Below, piece by piece: positions 10,043 to 18,675 of a stretch of 64,000 nucleotides of DNA. Below the pieces are notes generated by a model. That model was given only the letters and a program-made list of their open reading frames with translations, was not told where the DNA came from and ran no database searches. Numbering within the stretch: position 1 is the first letter of the stretch; every line of letters starts with the position of its first letter. The stretch is from Parasutterella excrementihominis (GTDB taxonomy: Bacteria; Bacillota; Clostridia; Christensenellales; Borkfalkiaceae). Both the position numbers and the translations under genes were made by a program. The stretch is from the NCBI GenBank assembly GCA_963650915.1, contig CAVJMJ010000010.1:1836-65835 (forward strand), read 5' to 3'.

Positions 10043-10676
10043 CTTTCAAACCTCTATAACTTTGTAGTCTTTCGGATAAAGTTTTTCTTGAATTTTCCTG
10101 CATGTCGTTTTTTAAAAGTTTTTCGGTTTCGGCAATTTTTTTATCCAATAACTTTAAAAAATCGGGGGTTCCGTTTAAATTTTCCCGTCCGAAAATCTCT
10201 TCTTTTTCGGTATACGCGTCTAAGTAATTTAATTTGGCACGCATTAAATCGTAATACTTTTCATCTGCAAAAAAGGTAAAATCACGCTCTATGCCGTAAC
10301 CGCTTTCGTGTAAGTACTTTCTCACCTTGTCGGCGTTTTTCATGGGTTGTAATATCAAGATAACGGGCTTATAGGCGGACTTTTGTAAAATTTTAATAAT
10401 TTCTTCACCGCCCATTCCCGCTATTAAAACCTCGTTTGAAAAGGGAACGGAAGAAAGCCCGTCTGTTTTTATTGCTAAAAATTTGTCGGGATAATACTTA
10501 GATAAAAGTTCCACAGCCTTATTTAAACTCGGCATAGATATATCGGTTACGATGACTTTTTCGACTAATTTTTTATCGAGTGCTTTTTTTGCAATATAAC
10601 CGTGGTCGCAACCGACGTCGCACAAAACGTCGGAAGGAAGTATTAACGAGGCTATGACCTCAATTCTGCTATTCAT
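10020..10676 (-). CDS. trmK: tRNA (adenine22-N1)-methyltransferase TrmK (YqfN)
   Basis: 218-aa ORF with a DVGCDHGY SAM motif and an ILQP motif. It lies downstream of rpoD and overlaps the rpoD stop by 1 nt. Confidence 0.8.
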   Translation of the reverse strand: MNSRIEVIASLILPSDVLCDVGCDHGYIAKKALDKKLVEKVIVTDISMPSLNKAVELLSKYYPDKFLAIKTDGLSSVPFSNEVLIAGMGGEEIIKILQKSAYKPVILILQPMKNADKVRKYLHESGYGIERDFTFFADEKYYDLMRAKLNYLDAYTEKEEIFGRENLNGTPDFLKLLDKKIAETEKLLKNDMQENSRKTLSERLQSYRGLKDEIKRNL

Positions 10677-11728
10677 CAGTCTAAAAAGTCTTTAAGGCGT
10701 TTGGATCTCGACGGATGACGAAGTTTTCTTAAAGCCTTGGCTTCGATTTGACGAATACGTTCACGGGTAACGTTGAATTCCTTGCCGACTTCCTCTAAAG
10801 TTCTCGGTCTGCCGTCGTCGATGCCGTAACGAAGACGCAAAACTTTTTCTTCACGCGGGGTTAAGGTGTCGAGAACGCCTATAAGTTGTTCTTTAAGCAT
10901 GGAAGTTTCAACCATGTCGCTGGGGGCTTGAGCGTTTTCGTCAACGATAAAGTCGCCCAAATGGCTGTCTTCTTCCTCGCCGATAGGGGTTTCTAAAGAT
11001 ACGGGGTCTTGGGCGATTTTTTGAATTTCAATAACCCTCGATTCGGGGATGCCCATTTCTTTTGCGATTTCGGAAGGATAAGGATCGCGACCGAGTTCTT
11101 GCAAAAGTTGACGGGTAACCCTCGCCTGTTTATGAATGGTTTCAACCATGTGAACGGGGATTCTTATAGTTCTTGCCTGGTCGGCTATAGCCCTCGTAAT
11201 TGCCTGACGTATCCACCAAGTCGCATAGGTAGAAAGTTTATACCCTCTTTCGTAATCGAATTTTTCGACTGCCTTCATAAGCCCCATGTTGCCCTCTTGG
11301 ATAAGGTCCAAAAAGTGCATACCGCGACCGACGTGGCGTTTTGCTATGGAAACGACGAGCCTTAAATTTGCTTCCGCCAAAATGCGTTTTGCTTCCTGAT
11401 CGCCCGCCGCCATCTTTTTGGCAAGTTCGATTTCCTCGTCGCTTGAAAGTAAGGGAACCCTGCCGATGTCTTTAAGGTACATCTTTACGGGGTCGTCCAT
11501 ACTGATTTCCTTTACGAGTTGGTCGTAAAGTTCTTGTTCCTGACTGGTTTCGTCGATGACTTGAATGCCCGCGTCTTCAATGGCGTTGCACATATTTTCC
11601 ATCTGCTCGTCGCTCATTTCGACTTTTTCAAGCCTGTCGCACAAAGCGTTCATGGTAATGGTTCCGCGTTTTTTATAGTCGGTGATAATCTCGTTGGTAA
11701 TCTCGGCTAAAGCAGCATCTTCAATCAT
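10676..11728 (-). CDS. rpoD: primary RNA polymerase sigma factor (sigma-70 / SigA)
   Basis: 350-aa ORF. It carries the [27 protein letters not shown] region 2.4/3 signature and the region 4 sequence [28 protein letters not shown]. Confidence 0.95.
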   Translation of the reverse strand: MIEDAALAEITNEIITDYKKRGTITMNALCDRLEKVEMSDEQMENMCNAIEDAGIQVIDETSQEQELYDQLVKEISMDDPVKMYLKDIGRVPLLSSDEEIELAKKMAAGDQEAKRILAEANLRLVVSIAKRHVGRGMHFLDLIQEGNMGLMKAVEKFDYERGYKLSTYATWWIRQAITRAIADQARTIRIPVHMVETIHKQARVTRQLLQELGRDPYPSEIAKEMGIPESRVIEIQKIAQDPVSLETPIGEEEDSHLGDFIVDENAQAPSDMVETSMLKEQLIGVLDTLTPREEKVLRLRYGIDDGRPRTLEEVGKEFNVTRERIRQIEAKALRKLRHPSRSKRLKDFLD

Positions 11729-13548
11729 AAATTTCTCTCCGTTTTAAGTTTATATAAAAGTTTAGTCTTTTGCTGAATTTTTTCTATCGTTTTTATCTGT
11801 TTTAAGACGTCCGTTTCCGATTTTGCGTACTCCTCAAGGTAACTTATATCGGTTTCGAGGTTGTTCATTTTTATATATCTTAAACAGTCGTCGTAATAAC
11901 CCTTTTCGTCGGTGCAATAAATTTCTTCCACTCGGCACAGTACGAGGTTCATTTCGCTTAAATAATCTTCGCCGAGCCTGTTCGTAAGCGTTGCGCCGTT
12001 AAAGGAAATTTTCTCGTCGTAAAGTTCGAGTATGAGGGTAGATATTTCGCTACGCAAGGTAGAAGAAAAATCCAAACCGTCCAAATCTTCGGCTTTGGCG
12101 TAACTTTTACCGTTGATTATTGCGGATAAAATATATCTTTCGGCTTTTACGAGGGCGGTTTCTTCCTCCGCCTCTGAGGGTAAAGCCTCGGTTTTTTGCT
12201 CGATAACGGGCTTATAGGCGGACTTTTGAGTGCTTGCATCTAAATCCCGCTTTAAAGATTCGTAGGTTATTTTGGAAATTTGACTTAACTTTTTCAAAAG
12301 TTCTTCCCTTTCGTATTCCTTGTCGCTTTCCGCAATGACTTTTATCGCTTTGTCCAAAAAACGACGTTTTTCCGAAGAATCGTTAATGTTAAAAGACTTT
12401 GCCAAGTAATGAAGTTTATAGTCGATGAGTGGTTCTGCCGAAAGCAAAAGTTCTTTATAACTTTCCACTCCCCTTGCCTTAACGTATTCGTCGGGGTCGA
12501 GGTTATCGGGAAGAGAAATTACTTTGACGTTAAGCCCGGCATCCTTTAAAATCTGCATTCCCCGAAAGGTTGCCTTTTGCCCTGCGGAGTCGCCGTCGTA
12601 ACTTACGATTACGGTATCCGAATACCTCATCATAAGCCTTGCCTGCTCCACGGTAAGCGAGGTGCCCATGCTTGCCACGGCGTTTTTTATACCGCTTGCG
12701 TGCAACGCTATTACGTCCATGTACCCCTCTACCAAAATAAGATATGGCAAAGTGCCTTGCTCTCGTTTAAGTTTTTTGATGTTGTTGACGTTAAAAACCG
12801 TTCTGTTTTTTATGAAAACGCTCGTTTCGCTCGTGTTTTTGTATTTTGCGAAATCGGGCTTTTTTTCAAGCACCCTTCCACCGAAAGCGATTACGTTTGA
12901 AAAACTGTCGATTATGGGAACGATAAGCCTTTTCGCTTCAAAGTCGGAATACTCGCCGGTATCTTTATTGTACGAACATACGCCTGCCGAAACCATGTCT
13001 TCGTAACGATACCCCTTTTCTTTGAGGTGTTTGGGCAAAGACTTGTAGTCAAGCGAGCAACCTATGCCGAAAGCCCGAATGGTGCTTTTGTCGAACCCCC
13101 TCGAAAATAGGTATTCGAGGTATGGTAAAGCCTCGGGTTTTGACAGGTTGTCCACGTAAAATTTTGCCGAATCTTTTAAAATAGCAAGCCTTGTTTGACG
13201 ATTTCTCGCATTTTCTTCTAACTCGGCGTCCTCTTTAAAGGAAGCTTCGGGAAGTTCCATATTGGCGCGGTTAGCCAAAAATTTAACCGCTTCAATATAA
13301 CTTAAACTTTCCACTTCCATAATGAATTTGATTACGTCACCGCCACGCTGACAACCGAAGCATTTAAAAAATTGCCCCGCTTGGTTGACGCAAAAAGAAG
13401 GCGTTTTTTCCATATGCCCCGGAAGCGGACAACGCGCCCAGTAGGCACCGCCCTTTCTTTCCAAACTGCAGTACGCGGAAACGACGTCGACGATTTCGTT
13501 GCGACTTTTTAATTCTTCTATGAATTTTTGGAATTTTTGATCAAACAT
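11725..13548 (-). CDS. dnaG: DNA primase
   Basis: Contains a zinc-binding region ([15 protein letters not shown]...[10 protein letters not shown]) and a Toprim domain ([11 protein letters not shown]). The start is set at MFDQKF (ATG 13546-13548) by homology, and the track ORF extends to 13629. Confidence 0.88.
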   Translation of the reverse strand: MFDQKFQKFIEELKSRNEIVDVVSAYCSLERKGGAYWARCPLPGHMEKTPSFCVNQAGQFFKCFGCQRGGDVIKFIMEVESLSYIEAVKFLANRANMELPEASFKEDAELEENARNRQTRLAILKDSAKFYVDNLSKPEALPYLEYLFSRGFDKSTIRAFGIGCSLDYKSLPKHLKEKGYRYEDMVSAGVCSYNKDTGEYSDFEAKRLIVPIIDSFSNVIAFGGRVLEKKPDFAKYKNTSETSVFIKNRTVFNVNNIKKLKREQGTLPYLILVEGYMDVIALHASGIKNAVASMGTSLTVEQARLMMRYSDTVIVSYDGDSAGQKATFRGMQILKDAGLNVKVISLPDNLDPDEYVKARGVESYKELLLSAEPLIDYKLHYLAKSFNINDSSEKRRFLDKAIKVIAESDKEYEREELLKKLSQISKITYESLKRDLDASTQKSAYKPVIEQKTEALPSEAEEETALVKAERYILSAIINGKSYAKAEDLDGLDFSSTLRSEISTLILELYDEKISFNGATLTNRLGEDYLSEMNLVLCRVEEIYCTDEKGYYDDCLRYIKMNNLETDISYLEEYAKSETDVLKQIKTIEKIQQKTKLLYKLKTERNL

Positions 13549-13993
13549 CGTCTTCCGTCTTTTGCCTTTGCTCTTTTTATGCTTTTGCTTAAACAGTGTA
13601 AAACGCTTGTGAATTTTTGCGTCTGCCAATTAAGAAATATCTGCGTCTGTCTATATAAGATATCGATGCGGTTTTTTCTGTTACATATTATTATACACAT
13701 TAACGGCGTGTTTTCCTTTTTTTACATTTAAGATTTATTTAAAAAACTTAAAAATATCTCGCTTTAAAGGAAATTCTTCGTTTAATAGCCGAATTTAGCC
13801 ATGTTTTTATATGAAAATACGGTTAAATGTAAGATTTTAACAACTAAATATTTTACAACGCAAGTTTTTTTTGATAGTATATGTTTGCTTTCGATTTCAA
13901 ACTATTTTCATTCCTTCGTTTGCGGTTTTAGCCGTTTACGTTCGTTTGCGGTTTGGACGGTATATAATAGTTTTAAAATTTTTGAGGTGCATT

Positions 13994-14548
13994 ATGGACG
14001 AAAACGCCAAACCTAAATTTTTATCCGCAAAAGACGTTGCTTACATCGGGCTTTTTACGGCGGTTATAGCTGTTTGCTCTTTTTTGACGATACCGACCAC
14101 CGTGCCGTTTACATTGCAAACCTTTGCCATTTTTTTAACCCTCGGCATACTCGGCGGTAAACGAGGAGTCATTGCCATTTTTTGTTACATTCTGTTAGGT
14201 ACTTTGGGCGTTCCTGTTTTTGCAGGGTTTAAAGGCGGAATCGGCGTAATTTTGGGCGCGACGGGCGGTTACATAATGGGCTTTTTATTGTGCGGACTGT
14301 TATATTGGCTACTTGAAAAATTGTGCGGAAAATCTCTTATCGTAATGATAATTTCCATGGTTTCGGGCGCAATATTGTATTTTGCTTTCGGAACCCTTTG
14401 GTTTATGATAATTTATACCAAAAACACGGGGGCTATTGCTCTTTCCGCAGTTTTGGGAATGTGCGTAGTGCCTTTTTTACTTCCCGACGCTATAAAAATT
14501 ACCGTCGCAGTTTTATTATCCTATAAATTGAGAGGCAAAATAAAGTAA
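13994..14548 (+). CDS. bioY: biotin transporter S component BioY
   Basis: Polytopic membrane protein with BioY-like PFTLQTF and GATGGYIMGF motifs. The ATG at 13994 is preceded by GAGGTG, and the track start at 13871 is rejected. Confidence 0.8.
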   Translation: MDENAKPKFLSAKDVAYIGLFTAVIAVCSFLTIPTTVPFTLQTFAIFLTLGILGGKRGVIAIFCYILLGTLGVPVFAGFKGGIGVILGATGGYIMGFLLCGLLYWLLEKLCGKSLIVMIISMVSGAILYFAFGTLWFMIIYTKNTGAIALSAVLGMCVVPFLLPDAIKITVAVLLSYKLRGKIK

Positions 14549-14774
14549 CGGATAGATCGTTTTTTAGCGATAACGGGCTTATAGGCGGACTTTTTGTAAT
14601 TTATATAATTTAAAAATTCGCTAATTTGCAATTTTAAAAATCGCCAATTTTAAAACTTTCTATTTGCAATTTAAAAATTTGCCGATTTATCGGTTAAAGA
14701 ATTTTTTGATTTACGATTTTTTCCTATCGGCATATTTACATATTTACATACTTACGCATTTAAAATTTTACTTA

Positions 14775-14808
14775 AAAAGCGGACGGCCGTATAGCCGTCC
14801 GCTTTTTA
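14775..14808. terminator. bidirectional intrinsic terminator between convergent bioY and the DUF4886 gene
   Basis: AAAAAGCGGACGGC-CGTATA-GCCGTCCGCTTTTT. The 9-bp GC-rich stem is flanked by an A-run and a T-run. Confidence 0.8.
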
Positions 14809-14946
14809 AGTAAGAACGTAAACTTATTTCTATTTACTTTTTATTTTTTGTGTTCTATATTTTTCGTCTTGTTTTTTTAACTTTATATTTTTATCTCCTT
14901 ACGATTTTTATAACTTTATATTTTGTTGCTTACGAATATTGTAAGT

Positions 14947-16074
14947 TTATTTTCTATAAGCCGACTCGGTTACTTCAAAAGGCTTTTCGATGGCGTTTTT
15001 TACGGCGTCAACGGCAATCAAACGAATTTTTTCATTAACGCCGACTGGCATATATTTAACGGTATCGGGCGAAACCCCTGTAAGCGTTGACGCAAGCATC
15101 AAACCCGCTATGTAGCGACCGACGTCGTAGGTAAGATGATATCCGTCACGGGTGAGATTATCCCCTATAAGCGAAGTCCTTGCGTTTTGTATAGCCGTTC
15201 CGCAAGCGATTATTTCTTGAATTTCGGGATTTTTAACTACTTTTTCCTTTACCGCAGAAACTATCGCATTATACATTTTTAACTGGTCGTTGTCGTAATT
15301 TACGAACTCTTCGTGACTACTCGTCCGTTGATACGCCCAAGTCATATTCCAAACTATCTTTGCCGACGGTGCGTAACTTTTTACGTAAGAAATCAAATAA
15401 GGAAGGTCGTCGTACCTTTCAATAAGCCCACTGCTTCCGCTTGCCTGTTGAAGGGTTATAACGTCCCAAGTTTGGCTTAAAAGAGCCTCTTTAACGGAAA
15501 CGCCCTTTCTGTTTCCCCATGCGCCGTCATCGTTGTTTCTATACTCGTAAGCCTTTAAATCGTTTTTGGCGTTATATGCGTGTGTCTTTAAGGTGCACCC
15601 GCCTATATATAAGTTGCCGAGAAAAATATTTTCGACCCCGAAATCGTCTAAAATCGAATATACGTATTGCATTGTGTCGTCGGAAAAACTGTTTCCTATC
15701 GCAAGAATTCTCATATTTTCTTTATATTCTCCGTTATAATTTTCGTTGTTATCGTTACCGCAAGCGGTAAAAAAGCAGGTGCAAACGGCAAGCGTTAGAC
15801 ACAAGCAAACTGCAAGCAAATTGCGAGTACAAACGGCAAATGAATTGCGGGCATAAGCGGAACGCCGATTACAAGTACAAACTGCAAAAAAATTACGAGT
15901 AGCAACGGCAAACGAATTGCGGGTACAAACGGCAAGCCTATTACAAGTATAAGCGGAACGCCTATTACGAGCCGTTTTATAGCGCAGCTCTTTCTTTTTT
16001 TGCTCATTGCTTCTCGTTTTTAATTCCACGTTGCTCGTTTTTAATTCCACGCTGCTCGTTTTTCGTTTTTGCAC
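14947..16074 (-). CDS. DUF4886-like (SGNH-fold) lipoprotein with a repeat-encoded N-terminal region; start uncertain
   Basis: The C-terminal ~270 aa (ILAIGNSFSDDT...) resemble DUF4886/SGNH hydrolase-like proteins. A lipobox-like FFTAC-G lies at about aa 105. The first ~100 aa are encoded by 24-nt and 21-nt tandem repeats, and the only ATG is at 16074. Confidence 0.55.
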   Translation of the reverse strand: MQKRKTSSVELKTSNVELKTRSNEQKKKELRYKTARNRRSAYTCNRLAVCTRNSFAVATRNFFAVCTCNRRSAYARNSFAVCTRNLLAVCLCLTLAVCTCFFTACGNDNNENYNGEYKENMRILAIGNSFSDDTMQYVYSILDDFGVENIFLGNLYIGGCTLKTHAYNAKNDLKAYEYRNNDDGAWGNRKGVSVKEALLSQTWDVITLQQASGSSGLIERYDDLPYLISYVKSYAPSAKIVWNMTWAYQRTSSHEEFVNYDNDQLKMYNAIVSAVKEKVVKNPEIQEIIACGTAIQNARTSLIGDNLTRDGYHLTYDVGRYIAGLMLASTLTGVSPDTVKYMPVGVNEKIRLIAVDAVKNAIEKPFEVTESAYRK

Positions 16075-16250
16075 TCTTTCGCTTATCTCTTTACCCTATT
16101 TATTATCGTCGCTTTATTTAATTATGTCGCACCGTTTAATCTTGCCTATTTGTTTAATTATATTAACACAAAGTCGAATTTTCGTCAACTTTTGCATGTC
16201 AAATTTTTTCGCTACGTAAATTACCGTATTAACTAAATTTCTGCGCTAAG

Positions 16251-16886
16251 CAAACAAGACGGGTAAAAACCCGTCTTGTTTGCTTGGTAGCCCCAAGGGG
16301 ACTCGCTCCGCAAGGCAACCGCCTTGCTATCACGCAGGTAAAGGCAAACGCAACACTGTTGCGTTTGGTCGGCTTGCTTCCGCGGTAACTTAATCTCCCT
16401 ATTGCAAGCCAACTACCCACCCGTTCTCGTCCCCTTTTTATCTTTACAAACAAACAAGACGGGTAAAAACCCGTCTTGTTTGCTTGGTAGCCCCAAGGGG
16501 ACTCGAACCGCAAGGCAACCGCCTTGCTATCACGCAAGTAAAGGCAAACGCAACACCGTTGCGTTTGGTCGGCTTGCTTCTGCGGTAACTTAATCTTCTC
16601 TGTTGCAAGCCGACTACCCACCCGTTCTCGTCCCCTTTTTATCTTTACAAACAAACAAGACGGGTAAAAACCCGTCTTGTTTGCTTGGTAGCCCCAAGGG
16701 GACTCGAACCGCAAGGCAACCGCCTTGCTATCACGCAAGTAAAGGCAAACGCAACACCGTTGCGTTTGGTCGGCTTGCTTCTGCGGTAACTTAATCTTCT
16801 CTGTTGCAAGCCGACTACCCACCCGTTCTCGTCCCCTTTTTATCTTTACAAACAAACAAGACGGGTAAAAACCCGTCTTGTTTGCT
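16251..16886 (-). repeat. three tandem ~200-bp units, each with a ~125-nt structured segment, an exact 25-nt copy of the tRNA-Glu 3' end and a terminator hairpin
   Basis: TGGTAGCCCCAAGGGGACTCGAACC recurs at 16285, 16485 and 16686 as well as in the real tRNA at 16887. The hairpin CAAACAAGACGGG-TAAAAA-CCCGTCTTGTTTG precedes each copy. The 208-aa and 63-aa track ORFs here are repeat artefacts. Confidence 0.85.
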
Positions 16887-16961
16887 TGGTAGCCCCAAGG
16901 GGACTCGAACCCCTGTTTTCGCCGTGAGAGGGCGACGTCTTAACCGCTTGACCATGAGGCC
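16887..16961 (-). tRNA. tRNA-Glu (anticodon CUC), CCA encoded
   Basis: The reverse complement reads GGCCTCATGGTCAAGCGGTTAAGACGTCGCCCTCTCACGGCGAAAACAGGGGTTCGAGTCCCCTTGGGGCTACCA. I folded it by hand. The 7-bp acceptor stem has two G-U pairs, the anticodon stem is TCGCC/GGCGA with loop CTCTCAC, and the T arm is AGGGG-TTCGAGT-CCCCT. Confidence 0.85.
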
Positions 16962-17342
16962 TTATTTCGTTTGCCCGATAATAATAACACATTAAACTGA
17001 ATTTAGCAACGCTTTTACTTGAAAATCCCAAAAAAATAATTAAAATTAAGGCTATTTTAGTTGCCGAGAAGGATTTTATATCATATCGGACGAGAACGGA
17101 ATAAAAAATATATAAAATTACTTAAAAAATTCGCCTTAAAAAGCACTAAGGCACATTCGACTTAAAAAACGCCAAGCCACCTTCGATTTAAATAACGCTA
17201 AGGCATCTTCAACTCAAAAACGCCAAAACATCTTAAACTTGAAAAACTAAACGGCATCGTTAAATTAAAAAACAAACGGCTCTTTACATTAAAATACGAT
17301 GTGAATACCGCTCGTCGTCGATAGGCTTACAAACGATATAAA

Positions 17343-17873
17343 TTACGCAAATAAAAGTCTTACTTTATTAAAATTACCCTTTTTAAGATCGTCTTCGGAA
17401 ATTATAAAATACAAACTCGTTTCGCCGTCCGACAAAAAATCGATGTCGAGGCTTGAGGGAAGGTATCTTAAAAGAGCGACTTCGCCGTCGTTTACGTTTT
17501 CGTCCTTACAAAGAAGAGCCGTGCCGTCGTTGCCGAGTTCGAAAGTCATCGGCCACTCGGTGTAAACGTCGTAATCGCCTTCCCAGTCCTCGTTAAACAT
17601 AGTATAAGCGTCGGCTTCGCCGTCGTAATATCTTACGACCGCTTTTGGCTTTTTCTCCGTGTAATCGATAAAAAAGTACAAAAGACCGCTTTCGGGCAAA
17701 AGCGTTTTGCCTACTGATTCGTAAACTTCTTGCAAATTTATCTGACACAAATAAAGTTCTTCGGGGGCGAAAACGTCTTTTTCGAGCCATTCTTCGGGAA
17801 GTAAAATTTCGCCGAAAAACTTACTGACTTCGATGTCGCAATCTTCGTCCCTAACCGTTATTTTTACGCTCAT
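17343..17873 (-). CDS. DUF1963 (YwqG-like) domain protein
   Basis: The start MSVKITV (ATG 17871-17873) has GGAGG ~10 nt upstream. LCQINLQEV...LPESGLLYFFIDY and a C-terminal SLYFIISEDDL resemble the DUF1963 signature. Confidence 0.55.
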   Translation of the reverse strand: MSVKITVRDEDCDIEVSKFFGEILLPEEWLEKDVFAPEELYLCQINLQEVYESVGKTLLPESGLLYFFIDYTEKKPKAVVRYYDGEADAYTMFNEDWEGDYDVYTEWPMTFELGNDGTALLCKDENVNDGEVALLRYLPSSLDIDFLSDGETSLYFIISEDDLKKGNFNKVRLLFA

Positions 17874-18675
17874 TTTTTTGTGCCTCCTTAATGGCAATGT
17901 AATCTTTGTCTTTTGAAAAATCACGGCTGAAATCGGCTTGTCCGCCGAGGGCTTCTATCGCAATTAAAATTTCTTTGGTCGAAACGTAATCGTTTGTTTT
18001 TTGCAACCCTTCATAAAGGGTATCCAAAACGCTTTCGTCGTCGTATTCAACAAGATACGAGCAATACTCCGGTGCCTTTTTAAGGTTTGAAGAAAATTCC
18101 CTTTCAAGGGTTTTCGTCATAATTTTGCTATGCTTTTTTTGCTTGGAAATAAGGTCGCAAAGTTGAGAGGTAACGACTGCGTTTTCGTCATTTAAATAGT
18201 CGTTTATTTTATCGAAAACTTCTTTGTCGGAAAGATAATCCACACAGGCGTCAAGCACGTCTTTTGAACGTTTGCCTTCAAAAAGTACCTCTATAAGCCC
18301 GTTATCGGCGTTTTTTGAGTTTTTGTGCGTCAAAACTTCGATAACGATTAAAAGTAAATCGTCCGAACTTTCTTTACTTATAAGTTTAATGAGTTCGTCC
18401 TCGCCCGCATAGTCTATAAGCGCGTCGATAAGGTATTCGGATACGGGTACGCCTAAAGCAAAATGTTCCTTTAAAATATCTACGACTTCGCAACTTTTAT
18501 CTTCGTAAAAATTTAACGGCGTTTTGCCGTCCAACTTATCGAAGGTCGTTTTGGAAAAGGCGTCGTAAACGGCTTCCTTTTGTTCGTCGACGTCCCCTTT
18601 GAGATTTTCTTTGTTTTTTAAAATATAATCTTTGGCAAAAGTTTTGAACAACTCGTCAATATCAACAATCTTCAT
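17851..18675 (-). CDS. hypothetical acidic helical protein
   Basis: 274-aa ORF with no motif I recognise. It overlaps both neighbours, which suggests one transcription unit with the TPR gene and the DUF1963 gene. Confidence 0.5.
   Translation of the reverse strand: MKIVDIDELFKTFAKDYILKNKENLKGDVDEQKEAVYDAFSKTTFDKLDGKTPLNFYEDKSCEVVDILKEHFALGVPVSEYLIDALIDYAGEDELIKLISKESSDDLLLIVIEVLTHKNSKNADNGLIEVLFEGKRSKDVLDACVDYLSDKEVFDKINDYLNDENAVVTSQLCDLISKQKKHSKIMTKTLEREFSSNLKKAPEYCSYLVEYDDESVLDTLYEGLQKTNDYVSTKEILIAIEALGGQADFSRDFSKDKDYIAIKEAQKNERKNNG

Noticed and set aside
16686-16836. Possible tmRNA or other tRNA-like functional RNA (starts GGGGAC, ends GGTTCGAGTCCCC...CCA).
   Set aside because: The 5' end cannot pair with the 3' acceptor strand TGGGGCT, and the T stem is broken. 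There is no tag-peptide reading frame or resume codon context, and the element is only ~150 nt and triplicated. It is kept as an unexplained repeat or ncRNA candidate, not called as tmRNA.
16229-16995. A 208-aa minus-strand ORF and three near-identical 63-aa plus-strand ORFs (16402, 16603, 16804) across the tRNA-linked repeats.
   Set aside because: They exist only because a 200-bp stop-free unit is repeated in tandem. They overlap a tRNA 3' end and terminator hairpins, have no RBS, and their sequence is low-complexity and Arg/Cys/Pro-rich.
16962-17342. Integrase, prophage or genomic island adjacent to tRNA-Glu.
   Set aside because: Both flanks contain only short repeats and ordinary genes (the DUF4886 and DUF1963 genes). 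No integrase, excisionase or phage-like ORF appears in any frame.
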